Shown: positions 36,674 through 49,290 of the stretch, in pieces
How positions within the stretch are numbered: position 1 is the stretch's first letter
Layout of the letters: each line of letters opens with the position of its first letter
Source: Podarcis melisellensis
Lineage: Eukaryota
Strand: one strand, 5' to 3'
Length of the DNA: 64,000 nt
NCBI GenBank assembly: GCA_964234715.1
Contig: OZ174276.1
Made by a program: the position numbers and the translations under genes
The notes under the pieces: model-generated
Seen by the model: only the letters and a program-made list of their open reading frames with translations
Databases searched by the model: none
What the model was told of the DNA's origin: nothing

Positions 36674-38895
36674 TCAGACAGTAATGTGGTTCCACCCCCA
36701 ACTCTAAAATACAACAGCACTCTGGTTAGTAAATATACAACAAACCCACATTTAAAAAATATATACATTTCTTTTAAAAAATTACAGTTTTATCAACAGT
36801 TGGGGGAAAGGATGCATCCCAAATCAACTACTGTGAAATCCAAACCTCTTTTCAAAAAGGCTTAATGAACCTTTTTATAAAGTGCCACTGGTTGCAGCAA
36901 TTCTTTAAAAAAATATTTTTTAGCACTAGTCATCAACCAGAGGATGACTAATCCACTTGACACTATGGATAAAAAGAGAGTCCAAAAAAATAAAGAGAAA
37001 CTACATCTATGGCCAAGACACATTAATAGGCTCCATTGTAGCCTCTCGCTTTTTTCCCTTCGCCATTTGGATTTCACTTCCTTGCAAGTGGCTCAATGCT
37101 TGCCGCTTCATGATTCACTACTAAGAAATCAAAAGCAATGCACATCCTGGCTCTTCCAGCAGAGCCCTTTCCCCCCGTGATGCCCAGAGTATCTGCTGCC
37201 TTTACTTTAAAACTGCTGACTTGCCCGGTCTGCCTTAATACTTGGTAAAACTGGCAGAAGTTTTAAGTCTGTGATATACATGGTCATCTTCATTCTAGGC
37301 TTAAAATAAAACCCTCCTGGGAAGCTGCCTTCTACAGGGCCTGACCCCTTGGTCCATCTAGCTCAGTGGCTCTCCAAGGTTTCAGACAGGAGTTTTTGCC
37401 AGCCTTACCTGGAAATGCTGGAGATCAGACCTTTCTGCATGTGCTGTACTGCTCAGCTACAGTCTCTCTGCCATAGCAGTCATTGACAAGTTCTAATCTG
37501 CCTGCAGCATGTAAGCAGCAATTATTACACTTTTCTTTTCCCTTCTCTTCCTTCTGTAGGCTGCCTGATTGGCACCACCTTGGGCATATTTACAGAGGTG
37601 CTACGTAAGAGCCCCTCATCAGAGTGGAACTGTCCCTAGGGAGGAAGGAAGCAGCATGCCGTGGGGTTGCAATTGGGCCCTTTGTCTGCTGCACTCAGTT
37701 GTGGGTAGGGATGGGCTCACTTTGGACAGGGAGCTGAGTTACAAGGAATGGTCTTTGGAAAGGCAGTTTCATCTTATAGCCCGAATGCTGTTTGCTTTAA
37801 TTTCTATTTTAAGAATAGATCTACGTGCTTCATTCCCTGCTGGAAAAAGGATAGGGAAGAGTATTTGCAACTAGGAAAAGTCACTTTTTATGCTACAATG
37901 GAGAGCATGTTCAGGATCCCTTGTATTATTTTTGCCACTGGAGGGTGCCATGCACTGTAAGCCACCGATCAGCGTTTTCCTCCCAGATTCTACTGAAAGA
38001 AAGAAAAAATGGAAGACTTATTTTCTCTCTCCACCAACCCACCCGGCCCATGCGATGAATGAGATCCGAGGTATTTGGGAAAGAAGGTCAAGTAGTTTTC
38101 AGTTCCCCTGAAAAGTGTGTTGCCCTTGAGCTTATTTTACTTTTCTGGGAGCCACAGGCTGTGCCAGCTGCTTTTGGAGGTCGAGGCAAAGATGGGGCAA
38201 CGTGCGGGATTTAAATCCACTCGGATTACACGGTCCTTCCTCTGCTGACAACGTTGGGGAAAGCAGCAAGGCCCTGTCTTGCTCTGGAAGTTGCCAGGCT
38301 TAACAATCCTGTTCCCTTTTGTCGACTTGGCCGCATTGAGCACTCGGCCCCTTTGCGGATGTCACTGTCCTAGGGAAGCTGACACATTGTTGGCATCGTT
38401 TGAAATGACAAGACGCAGGAGTAGGGAATGGGCTGCTCTTTGCAAGAAGTGTAGATGTCTGTGGTATTACGTGGGAAGGAGGCCAGGGTCCAAGGAAAGC
38501 TCTCAGTAGCCTCCAGCATTGGTCTGCCTCCCTTGTGGTTCAACGTTGCAGGCATTCAATCAGCCCTTCTTTGTAGCTTCAGTGCTGATGTGGGTGGTCA
38601 CTGTTTAGAGGCCTGGCAAGCATCTGGTGCCCTCTGATGGAAACACCAAGTTGATGTGTGTTCACGCGCTCTTGCCCCAAGATATTTGTCCAAGAAATGG
38701 TCTTGGAGTGCAGTTGCCTCAGGCTGGAAGTTAGCACTCACAAGAAATCAGGAAAAGGTGGTAAAGTGCCTGGAAGGAGAGGCCGATGAGTAGTCGTGGG
38801 ATTTCTCCCCAAGCTGTCCACGTCTCATAAATGGTAGGGTACAAGGATGAACCTGCATCATCATCATCATCATCATCAGAGAAGGAAGCCCGTCC

Positions 38896-38992
38896 TCAGT
38901 CCAACATGGCATCCAGCTGCTCTGCAAGGTCATCAAACATGTTGCTGATGTCTTCGAGGATGTTCTTGGCCGAGTGTGCTGTCCCATAGTTG
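38896..38992 (-). CDS. CASKIN2: CASKIN2 terminal coding exon (NYGTAHSAKNILEDISNMFDDLAEQLDAMLD*)
   Basis: ccccag| acceptor; TGA at 38898-38896. Confidence 0.96.
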
Positions 38993-39261
38993 CTGGGGGG
39001 ACAAAGACAGGAGAATTGGTTCGTTTTGGGTGCAAGGTTTCAGGCAAGAACTGACACCTCCTCCCTCACCAGATCTTCTTCCAAGGCCTCTCTTTGCTTG
39101 GAGGGCCATTTCCTGCACACTCTGAGCCGTCCCATCTCCCCGCCCTTTCCCTGCCACCCAAATGGCTTGCTAATGCCTGCCTGTCTCTTGGTAAAGGCCA
39201 GGAAGCAGGAACATAATCCATCCCATTCTGAGACAGCTATTTCCTGGTGCAATACAAGGTA

Positions 39262-39481
39262 CAGTGGTACCTCTGAATATGCACACCTCTGGTTGCGTAT
39301 CCTTTGGGTTACGCACACAGCAAACCCAGAAGTATTTTTTCTGGGTTTTGCCATGCATGCATGCGCAGAAGCGCTCTACCAAGCTGTGCACGTGCGCAGA
39401 ACAGGCACCTCCGGTTGCGAATTCCTCGGGATCTGACTGGAGCTCCGGAACGGATCCTGTGCGCAACCGGAAGTACCACTG
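39262..39481. mobile_element. Tc1/mariner MITE
   Basis: TA|CAGTGGTAC…GTACCACTG|TA. Confidence 0.8.
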
Positions 39482-40023
39482 TACTGGTTACTATTTTTAA
39501 AGGCTTTCACCCACCCCCACCCCCCAGACCATTCCCCATATAAGCCCAATTGCCGCCTATATTCTTCCTGTTTTATATGCCCCCAGCACCTGAAGTGAGG
39601 GCACCTATGACAAGGGAAACTGCAGTTTCTCCAAGGCTGCAGAATAGCTGCCTGAAGAAGTTCAGGGCAAAACTTTTGTCTCTCTCTGGAAAAATGACAT
39701 CCTGCAGATGGGAGAGGTCATTGTGGCCCAGTGTTGCGCCTGAGCTCACTTCATTTCACTGCTGTTTGGGTGGGAGAGTTGGTGGAGCTTTAGAGGAATG
39801 ACAACACCCATTTGCATATGCAAGTCTTCACCCAGCTAGGGCAATATGTATGGAAGTCTGCTTGCACATGGTCCCTAGCTGGACCAAGGCAGATGTATCT
39901 GAAATATGCATGTGCCTTCTTCATAAAGAAGAGGGGCCTTTGTATTCTGCACTTTGGATTAAGACCCTGAAGGATGCTCTGTTCAGGACAGTCACCCTGC
40001 CTGCCCTCTCTTCACATCCTCAC

Positions 40024-40354
40024 CTGTCTGCCTCCTCTGCGTTGATTTTCTTTTCTGCCGCTTCAAGCGTGGATGCCAAGGATGAGTTGGTTTGTTCCAG
40101 CCTTTGCTGAGCGTGGATCATGTCCGGAGATGCACTCAAAGGCCTCATGGCGAGGGGCACCCCGAAACTCAAGGCGGGTTTGCTGCCCAGCCCCAGTTTC
40201 ATGGGGTAGGGACCCATCCCCTCTGAAACCATCTCTGTGGCTGCCCAGGGAGCGACGGTGTTGCGGGAGTTCTGCAGGACTTGTTGGTAGATGGTTTTTG
40301 GCCCCGAAAACACCAGCTTGGTAGAAGCAATGGATGTGTGCTTGGCAGGGACAT
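40024..40354 (-). CDS. CASKIN2: CASKIN2 exon (DVPAKHTSIASTKLVFSGPK…EEAD)
   Basis: cctcag|, |gtgagg. Confidence 0.94.
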
Positions 40355-41496
40355 CTGAGGGGGGTAAAAAAAACTTACATTGGGTATTCTGAAACCTGAC
40401 CCATGCAGTTTAAGGAAACACAGCCTCGCTCAACCACCCTGCTGGATTAGCAAGAGCAGGCATTCCTGCCATTAATACCTCATGCTCTTCTACACTCTCC
40501 CAGTAAGTGTAAGCTGGAGTACTTCTACCCTAGCCCTTACTTCTGGATTTGCCTTGCTTTGTGTTTCAAAGAGCAGCCAGATGACATAATTCCAAAACTG
40601 TAGTCTTTCCATGTTTTCTGCACTCCCCGTGTCCCCCCCCCAGGACTTGATTTGTAGCAATATTTAATACTGAAATGCAATTTTATAATGAAAGACAAAG
40701 TGGTATTAAGCCTTGTGACTTTGGCTTAAACTCCATTTGCAGGGTCCAGTCCTTCAGTTACTTCCTATTGACCAGCAAGGGTGTGTGTGCAGGGATCAGT
40801 GACTTTATTCCTTTGAATAGCCCTGTATCAGTTCCTTTTCCTGCAGGGGAGGGCTGATTTCTGTTCCCCTCCCCCTCTTGGTAGTGAAACATCTCTACAG
40901 TTTTTTAAAGAGCAGAAACCAGCAATTAGAGATGTCCTGTGTAAATAAATGGACACAGAGCAATTCAGAAAGAAACTATTCAAAGAGAAATGATTCTGTA
41001 AACCTCCAGCCAGGATCAATGAGAAGTGCATGCTAAACCTTCAAATTATGAACTTTTATTTGAAATATCCAGGCACCTTCTGCTGAATGGGGTAAAGATT
41101 ATGGAAGGATCTTGGCCACAGGGAAGGACATTACTAATTAATATTGTGCTACATAAAATTTTACATGCGATTTCTGTTTCAATTCCACATCAAAATAACT
41201 AACTAAAAATGCATGCTTAAGCATCGCTACCATCGCTACACAGTAGGCAGTCCCCTATCCGCTATGGAACCAAGTTGCTCCATCTCTTCAAGTGAGACTA
41301 AAGCAGTCTTGAAAATGGTGGGTTACAGCCCTCTCTGCTTCCTCACCCCCTCCCACCATTTCCTCCCAGCCCAGAGCTCTCTCCACAGCCTCCAGTGCCC
41401 TTTCCCCAACCAGAAGCAGCAATGGGGTGCTATCCCAGTTCTCTCCCAGCTGTGATGGCCCTGAAGAGCAGCTGGAACAACACTGTATTGCTACTA

Positions 41497-41711
41497 CCGT
41501 GGTACCTCGGGTTAAAAACTTAATTCGTTCCGGAGGTCCGTTCTTAACCTGAAACTGTTCTTAACCTGAAGCACCACTTTAGCTAATGGGGCCTCCTGCT
41601 GCCGCAGCACAATTTCTGTTCTTATCCTGAGGTAAAGTTCTTAACCCGAGGTACTATTTCTTGGTTAGCGGAGTCTGTAACCTGAAGTGTCTGTAACCCG
41701 AGGTACCACTG
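41497..41711. mobile_element. Tc1/mariner MITE (same family as 3077-3317, opposite orientation)
   Basis: TIRs and TA TSD. Confidence 0.85.
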
Positions 41712-41905
41712 TAACCCCAAACTCCAAGCCCATTCCCCGCCCTGAGAAAGGATGATGGCACTGCTAGCCCATCTGCATCTCCTTCCTTTAAAGGGGGAGA
41801 GAGATACCACCACGTAGAAAATCTTTCTGGGTCCAGGAAAGGGCAGCGTACCAGTAAGCCACGGAGGCCAGATTTTGCCCAGCTGCTGCTCTGAACGTTG
41901 CCTAC

Positions 41906-44071
41906 CTGCCGCATTGGCTGCCGTCCTCAGATGGACTGCTCCTCCGTTCCTCTCGACCTGCAGTGGGATCGGGCTGGTTGGTTTCAGAGAGACGGGCGGC
42001 TTCTTGATCCCCCTTTCCAGAGACAGGATGCTCTTCTCTATCTCTGCGATCTGCAGCTCCATGCTGTCGTCGTCAAAAGCGTCTCCCGCCGGCTGTGGCT
42101 CCGCCGGGTGGAGCGAGGGTCCGCTGATGCTGACTGTCTGAGCCTGGGCGTACTGTGGAGCCGAGGATGATGAGCTGGGTGCAGCCACCCCAAACGCTTT
42201 CAGCACATTCTGGAGGGGCTCTCTCTCCCTGCACCGGGGCCGCCTCTTGACCGTGTCGGACTCTGTGAGATTGAATTCCAACACTGCGGGGCCCTCTTTC
42301 GCTGGGGGCTCTTCTTGCTCTTCCCCATAAGGCTGAGTTGAGGCAGAATCGGACTCAGGCGCAGTGGCATCTGCCTTGAGCTGCCCAGTGGGCTTCGGCC
42401 GCTGCTTGATGGTCAAGTTGCCCTCTTCCGCAAAGGGAATACACTCGCTGGAGCTGTTCTGAGACGAGCAGGGGGACTTGGCACAGCCGTCTGTCTCTGC
42501 TGTTGCTTCTTCCTCCGTGTCGGACCGGGTGTCCTCGTGGCTGTGCTGCAGAGCTTCCGTCATGGCGACCGCGGGTTCGCTAAATGTCCGTCTCTTTCGG
42601 GGGACGTTGCCTTCAAAAGCCTGGCTTTGGCCACTGGCGGCTTCCGTGCTGCTGGGGTCTGCTCGGGCTGAATTGTGCAGGCCCATTTTGCTGGGCAACT
42701 CCTGACCGGGACCGGTGGGTTTGGGGGACTTGAGAGGCTTGGCCAGGCTCCCGTCAGCCATAGGCCCATTGAGCACAGCTGCAGCATTTCTCAGAGAGCA
42801 GCCCCTGTCACGAGGGCCATCTCCTCCGTCCTGGGAGAGGAAGGGTCCCTTTGGTGTCTCTTGGCCCTGTTCGTACTCTGCACCAACTTGCGCGCTGGAG
42901 ACCGAGCTGAGGCGCTTGGGAGGCGGGGGTGGGGGGCCCTTCCTCCTGGCGCGGATGGCAAAGGACTGGCTGCGCGAGACCTTGGCGGCCGATGATGGCT
43001 GTGTCCGTGGCACCTGGCTGCGCCCCGGCCGCCTGGTCAGGGTAGCGTATGAGCCCACGGAGCTGGCGGGAGGCTCCTCTTCCTCGGCCTCCCCATCGGA
43101 CAACGCGTAGCGGTTCAAGCTGTGTGAGCGCTTCTTATGCTTGAAGCCCTCGGCGTTCTGCTGCTCCGCCCCGGGCTTGGGGGGCACATGTGGCGGCTCT
43201 GTGGGGCCACAGTGGGAATGGAGGTAGGAGAAAGCTTTCTGGGCTGTCGACTGCAGGATGGTCCTCTGGGCAGAGAAGGGAGCGGGGGCCTTGGCCTGCT
43301 CAGGCACGGACGGCGAAGGAGGCGGCGGAGGGGACTTCAAGGACACGTGGGGGTACATGAAGACATATGGGGCGGTCCCCTTGCTGGCCGTGTGGGGCGA
43401 TGCAGAAGGGGACATGGCTGGTAATGTCTCGGGAGTCTCAGTGTGGGGAAGGAAATCCCCCTTCAGAGCGCTTGGTCTCTGGTACTGGTCCATCCCCTCA
43501 GGCAGATTTCTCTCCCTCAGAGGGCTTCCCGCACAACTGCTGGAATAGCCGTTGATTCCCTCAGGGCTGCTGAGCTGCGGAACAAATTTCCCATAGTTCT
43601 CTGGGTTGGGCCGACTCTGTGGGGCAGCGGAGTTTTCCGTGAGGCGGGGCTGTGTAGAAGAGTGTCCACCGCTGCTGCCGCTGCTGCTCTCGCCACTTCC
43701 CAAGCTCTCCTGCGAACGGCTCGAGGTGGTGCTGTGGGACAGCATGTTCTCTTGGGAGTGCCCCGACCCCCTGGACCGCACCCCGATGCTCTCTTGGCTC
43801 CGCGACATGCCCTGGGCGCTCTTGATGGTCAGCGTCTCCTGGCAGCTGTTGGACATGGCCGTCTGGAGCTCGTAGCTCAGTTCGCTGTCCTGGAAAGTGG
43901 TCATCTTGGGCGTGTGGGGAGAGTGGCACTCCCCGTTCTCGACAGACTCGATGGTAACGATGTCCAAGGCGCCGGGGATCTTGCGCCTGAGGGTGCTGGT
44001 GTCGGCCTGGCTCAGGCTCTTGCGGAGGTCGGTCAGCTTCTTGACAGCCAGCATGAGCTTCTTCTGGTGGC
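41906..44071 (-). CDS. CASKIN2: CASKIN2 large exon (GHQKKLMLAVKKL… proline-rich region …AANAA), 2166 nt
   Basis: Core of ORF 41622..44153; ctgcag| acceptor and phase-1 donor G|GTAGGC. Confidence 0.93.
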
Positions 44072-44454
44072 CTGCAGGTGGCACAAAACGAGCAGAAACT
44101 AAGCTTGGGGATTGTGGGAGGCAAACGCTTCTACTGGAAGACTCCAGGCACAAGCAAGGGGAAGCTCAAAATCCTGTCTCATCCCTTCAGGCCAGTGCTT
44201 TGGAGGCAGAACCTTTATCAGTACAGACATTCACGTATAATGTAGACTAAAAGAAGCAGGCCCTGCCTGGACATAAAACGGGACCAGCAGGAGGCTCAGC
44301 CCCATGCCCAGTGTGCTGAAGAAGTTAGGGTGTCAGACTAGGAATAGAGAGACCCGGGTTCAAAACCCTACTTGTCCAAGAAGCCCAGCTGCACCTACTT
44401 CGCAAGGATAAAATAGGGAGTGCAGCTGTTAATATTATTATTATGAAGCTAAAG

Positions 44455-44590
44455 CATTGTTTCCTAAACTTGCTCCTCTCGCTGTTTTTGGACTACAATT
44501 CCCATCATCCCTGACCACTGGTCCTGCTAGCTAGGGATGAGTGCAGTTGTAGTCCCAAAACAGCTGGAGACCCAAGCTTGGGAAACCCAG
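44455..44590. mobile_element. Palindromic MITE (related copies near 7085-7200, 33842-33978, 46180-46491, 60901-61035)
   Basis: GGACTACAATTCCCATCATCCCT…AGGGATGA…TTGTAGTCC fold-back. Confidence 0.7.
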
Positions 44591-46244
44591 CCTAATGATA
44601 AAGATATCTGAAATTCTACAACCACAACAAATGGCACAGGTGGCAGTTGTGCTAACTCAGCCTTGCTTTAAAGTCTGGCTTCAGCCTTGCTGAAGTATTT
44701 TTTAAAGAAAGACACTTCCCCATGAAGCATCCCATGCTGTGAGGGATAACAGGCTCTTCTTTGTCATGGACCCCAGTCCCTCACTTCTGAGGCCTTCCTT
44801 CCACCATGTCCATAAAAGGAACCGGCTGGCAAAGAGGTCACTTTCTACACCTGCATAGTAAGATCTCTTTCCTCCACCCTTTGGAGGTTTTCTTGGGCTG
44901 AGGGGAGAATGTATAAGGATGTAAAGTGATCTTTTGTTACCACAGAATTCTAGACAAGGCAATGAGAGGGAAGAAGGGGAAAGAGTAAAGACAGGGCAAG
45001 CTGAGAAGGGAGGGAGGGAGGGAAGGAAGGAAGGTAGGAGTGGGCCATGGGAAGAAGACACTTGGCTGCCCCAAGTAGGCCTTGGGAGCAGCCGCCTGTT
45101 GTGTGCCCTCGATAACTTCTACGTGTGGCTGGTCGGGGATGGAGCCAGCGGGCATATTTTGCCGACACTTACGAAGGGGGCCTGTCTTCCCCTCTGCCAA
45201 AACAGGCATCCAATTACCCTGGGAATTTGATTCACAGCCAAATACCTCACTAATTATTGCCTCCCAATAAGGGGGCATGGTTCCCCCTCCCCTTTTCTCC
45301 CCCCCTTTGTCAGAGCGGCCTTTTGGCAGTGAGCCAGTCTAAACTGGATGGCGAGGCCCTAACATGGGAACAAGTCCTTCCTCGTCAAATCAGGCCATGA
45401 AAGAAGGTGGGAAGGAAAACACACAGTGGCGGGGGCGGGGGAGTGCCTCCTATTCAGCGGGGGACCCTGAACCCCGAGGTTTTTGGGGAAGGGCGGGAAG
45501 GACTGGGCTAAAAGCGACACCCCTGAGACGGACACAGAATGCTTCCCTCATGAAATGGGGGGAAACAGACAGTCTCCTTACCCCAAGTCAAAACCCAATG
45601 CTGTGTTCTGAGCAAGGGGAGGGGAACACTGCTGTCTTTGTGGGAGGAAACATAATAGATGGGTAGCCTCTATTTGAAATAAATAAACCACTGTTTCTAA
45701 GGGTGAGCAATCACCTAAGAATGCTAGTCAGCACACATGCGCCTGGGAAACAAACCAACAATGAGCATATTCTGGGTTAAGTACCTTCTTATGTGCAGGT
45801 TCAAATGGGCCTTGTTTGTGTGTGAGAGAGTGGTATGTGTGTGATGTTTCTGTATTTCCAGTCAGTGAAGTCAAGCTGAGAGGGATCTGCTTTCCGCCAC
45901 CTCACCTGGCTGGGAGAGGTTGGTGAAGGTTGTGCACACTGCACAGCTGCCCATTAACAGTGAGAAGGATTCCCCTTAAGAGTAGGAAATGTACAACATA
46001 ACCAAGCCAGTGTATGGCCAAACCACGGTTTCCCATATTCCAGGAACAAGGGCAGGGTTTGAAGAAAGGGCAAGTGCCTTCTCATTCCACATTTCATTAT
46101 GGTAAATTTGGTCTACAGCTCTCACCAGCCACAGTAAAAAACATCTGGAAGGTGCCTGGTTTGTGAAGGCTCCCTCAAACAGTTTTTCCCAAACTTGGGT
46201 CTCCGGCTGTTTTTTGAACTACAACTCCCATCATCCCTAGCGAG

Positions 46245-46407
46245 CAGTGGCGTAGCGTGGGGGTGCAGGGGGGCCGCCCGCATCGGGCGCAACATCGGGG
46301 GGGGGCGCTCGCACTCGCAGCTCTCTGCCCCCTGCTAAAATCCACAGGTTAGGGGGCGCAAATTACTTGCCTTGCCCCGGGTGCTGACAACCCACGCTAC
46401 GCCACTG
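46245..46407. mobile_element. hAT-like MITE nested in a palindromic MITE
   Basis: Perfect TIR CAGTGGCGTAGCGTGGG; perfect 8-bp TSD CTAGCGAG (46237-46244 / 46408-46415). Confidence 0.9.
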
Positions 46408-46756
46408 CTAGCGAGCATCATCCCTAGTGGGCCAGGGATGATGGGAACTGTAGTCCATAAACAGCTAGAGACGCAAGTTTGAGAAACCATGCTCTATAGG
46501 GACATCTTGTGGTTAGTCAAACACCACCAGCAGGATCATTCATGGGTGCCCCCAGCCAATTGAAAGAGCCACCATAAATACAGCATCTTTGGATAGCTGA
46601 GCTTTTTCTCTGCTGCACTGAGACGCAAGGGAGGCCACTGTATGGAGCTCCTTTCAGATGCGGTTCACCATCACTCATGTTTATGTAGTGCAGGACTGAA
46701 ACAAGCAGCCAGGAGTTCCCCAGTGGCCCTGTTGGTTTCCCCTCTTGTCCCCTCAC

Positions 46757-46895
46757 CGAGCTTGTTGATGCCAATCTCCTGCAAGTCCTCCCAAGTCAGA
46801 TCTGTCACAATGCTGATGGAGTCATAGCCGTTGCTCACCAGCTTCTTGTGGTACTGGGGTAGTCCAAGTGCACTCAGCCACTCCATTAGGTCATC
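46757..46895 (-). CDS. CASKIN2: CASKIN2 SAM2 exon ([15 protein letters not shown]…GINKL)
   Basis: ttctag|, |gtgagg. Confidence 0.96.
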
Positions 46896-47181
46896 CTAGA
46901 AGACAGCACAACCACGATCAGCTCTTATAGCAAATCCCACGCTGCTTTCCACAGAAAGTTGCCTGGGCAAGTCTTTGGGAGCTATATCAGTAAAGAGCAT
47001 CCTACAGGCAGAAAGACGCAAGTTTCTAAATGCCATCAGCTCCACACATAGGCTTACAGCTGCCACCTAAAATATCTAGTGCTTATAAATGGATGTCGCA
47101 AGGATGAAATCTGGTAGAGGGGGAACGCTGTGTATGACACCCTGTGCTCCTTGGAGAAGGGGTAGGATAACATAAATGACA

Positions 47182-47182
<1 letters not shown>

Positions 47183-47219
<37 letters not shown>
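47183..47219. repeat. (ATT)n microsatellite
   Basis: Read directly. Confidence 0.95.
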
Positions 47220-47221
<2 letters not shown>

Positions 47222-47955
47222 CATCATCATCAATATTTGAAGTGTCCCTGACAGAGAAGACTCAGAACCAGTGTTCGAAACTCCCATTGTTCTAGGCACA
47301 TTTTGCAACAAGGAATTTCATTAGCGCGAGCAGTTTCTGAGCTCTGGGCGCAGTACTGCATCTAAGATTTTGGATTAAAACTGCAGAGTGGAAGGAAAGG
47401 AGGACCTTTTTCTGCCTCCTCACTTCCAGCGACTCCCTGGAGACTGGAGAAGAGACCCTCTTAAGAATATTAGGGGGGAGGACAGAGGAAGGACTAGACC
47501 GTGTTAAAAAGGAACATAATATTTTAGCTGCGGTACGTTCATTTTCAGCTTTGTATTCTTGTTATTAAAAAAGCATGCCTAGACATTCTGTTGTTGAGCC
47601 CATAAGCTCCTCGCTTTCATATCTCAGTTTCTAACACCATTGTGACATTGAAAAGTTGCTCCTTGTGACATTCAGAATGGACAAGGAAAGCCCGGGCAGT
47701 GACAATGCCTTAGATTCTAATTAAGGTTCTGCTGGTGGGAGTGCCTAATAGGCACAGTTCTGCTCATGGAATGCTCCCACCAGCCCAATGGGGGGCATTT
47801 TTTTGCCTATTTCCTTTCCCCCCTGCAGCCCCTTTGTCCCTTGATAATTTGCTTTGTGTGCTTTGGGGACCTTCTTAAGCAGCGACAGAGGCAGTGTAGG
47901 GAGAAAGGGGAGACTGGCTGCAGAAACCCAGCCAGAGAGGCGGAGTATAAATAAA

Positions 47956-47958
<3 letters not shown>

Positions 47959-48001
<43 letters not shown>
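47959..48001. repeat. (AAT)n microsatellite
   Basis: Read directly. Confidence 0.95.
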
Positions 48002-48420
48002 TGGTAAAAATGCCACTTCTGTTGCATTCGGGCTCTCTCCACAAACAGAAGAAACTCTTTCATTCGCAGAAGACTAGTTAGCACCCAAACCTTTGTTGAG
48101 AAGGAAGGGAATAAATAGTAAATTATTACGCAGCATATTATTATTTTAAAAAGTGCTCCGCAACCACCCTCTGTAGAAGGTCACTGTTAGCTCCATTTCA
48201 CAGACTGAGGTAGGGAAACGAAGACTTGGCCAATGCAACATAAGATGTTTGTGGCAGAGATGGTCCTTGAGTTCAGTCATGAAGAGTATGTTTAGCTTAA
48301 GAACCCCATAACCCTCCGAGTAAACCTGCCCCTTTGCCCAGGTCTTCAGGGCTTTGGGTTGCACCCTGATTCTGACTGACTGGCAGGGATGTAGCTGACC
48401 GGGATGTGGTCCATACTCAC

Positions 48421-48522
48421 AGGGATGTAATTTGGGAGCCATTCAGCAATGCTAAGCTGCCCAATCTCGGCGGATATTTTCTTCCTGTGGCCTGGCTTGG
48501 TCACCCCAATGGCTGTGAGGTC
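48421..48522 (-). CDS. CASKIN2: CASKIN2 SAM1 exon ([16 protein letters not shown]…LPNYIP)
   Basis: ttccag|, |gtgagt. Confidence 0.96.
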
Positions 48523-48758
48523 CTGGAACGAAGAGTGGCACAGGTGCCTTCATTAATGTCTAACAACCAGGCACGTGTACTATGTGGTCTAGCACATGAT
48601 GCTTGATAAATCGTGTGCAGCGCACGCTCTGCAATGGCACTCCTGGGAAGGTCTCACAAAACACCAGGCGGTTACGGTGCAGATAGGTGATGGCAGGGAA
48701 ACCAAAACCTCTTCCTCCCTCCATTTTGCTCAGCCCTTTCTGCTTCCCCATGCCTTAC

Positions 48759-48869
48759 CTCCGGGGTCATGCGGCTGATGGTGGGCACATCGTAGCCCGC
48801 ATTCAGGAAGTTGGCTGTGTAGCCCTCCAGCTGGAATTCACTCAGCCAATTGTAAATGGCTTCAGCATC
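48759..48869 (-). CDS. CASKIN2: CASKIN2 SAM1 exon (DAEAIYNWL…SRMTPE)
   Basis: ccgcag|, |gtaagg. Confidence 0.96.
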
Positions 48870-49143
48870 CTGCGGAGGGGAGACAGAGAAGTCCCTTGTG
48901 TGGCGGCGGTGTGCACTGGGAGGGGCCAATGCACTCCTGCAATCATTTCACGGAGATCCGTGATGGAGCACTTGCACTAGTGCAACCTGAATGCATCACA
49001 TGCCCCTATGTCACCACAACTGTTGGATAAATGCAAACGAATCTCCCTGGACAGCTTTTTAAAAAGACTGCTGGTTCTCAATCTCTAGCGCTTAGTCGAA
49101 AGGTACCCTGGCCATTTAGCCTTATCCCAGTAAGGCAGGTATT

Positions 49144-49290
49144 GGAGAGCCAGCATGGTTAGAGTGTCGAACTAGGACCTGGGAGACCAGGGTTTGAATC
49201 CCCCCCTCAGCCATGATGCTCGCTAGGTCACCTTCGGCCAGTCACTGCCTCTCAGCCTAACCTACCATATAGGATTGTTGTAGGGATTTT
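49144..49290 (+). mobile_element. tRNA-derived SINE
   Basis: TGGTTAGAGTG A-box-like and GGTTTGAATCC B-box-like motifs; ends approximate. Confidence 0.55.

Noticed and set aside
41622-44153. 843-aa ORF as a stand-alone gene
   Set aside because: It is the 2166-nt CASKIN2 exon plus intronic read-through, and its C-terminus runs into a MITE.
41875-44250. Many overlapping antisense and alternate-frame ORFs (up to 219 aa)
   Set aside because: Expected shadow ORFs of a GC-rich coding exon, with no independent signals.
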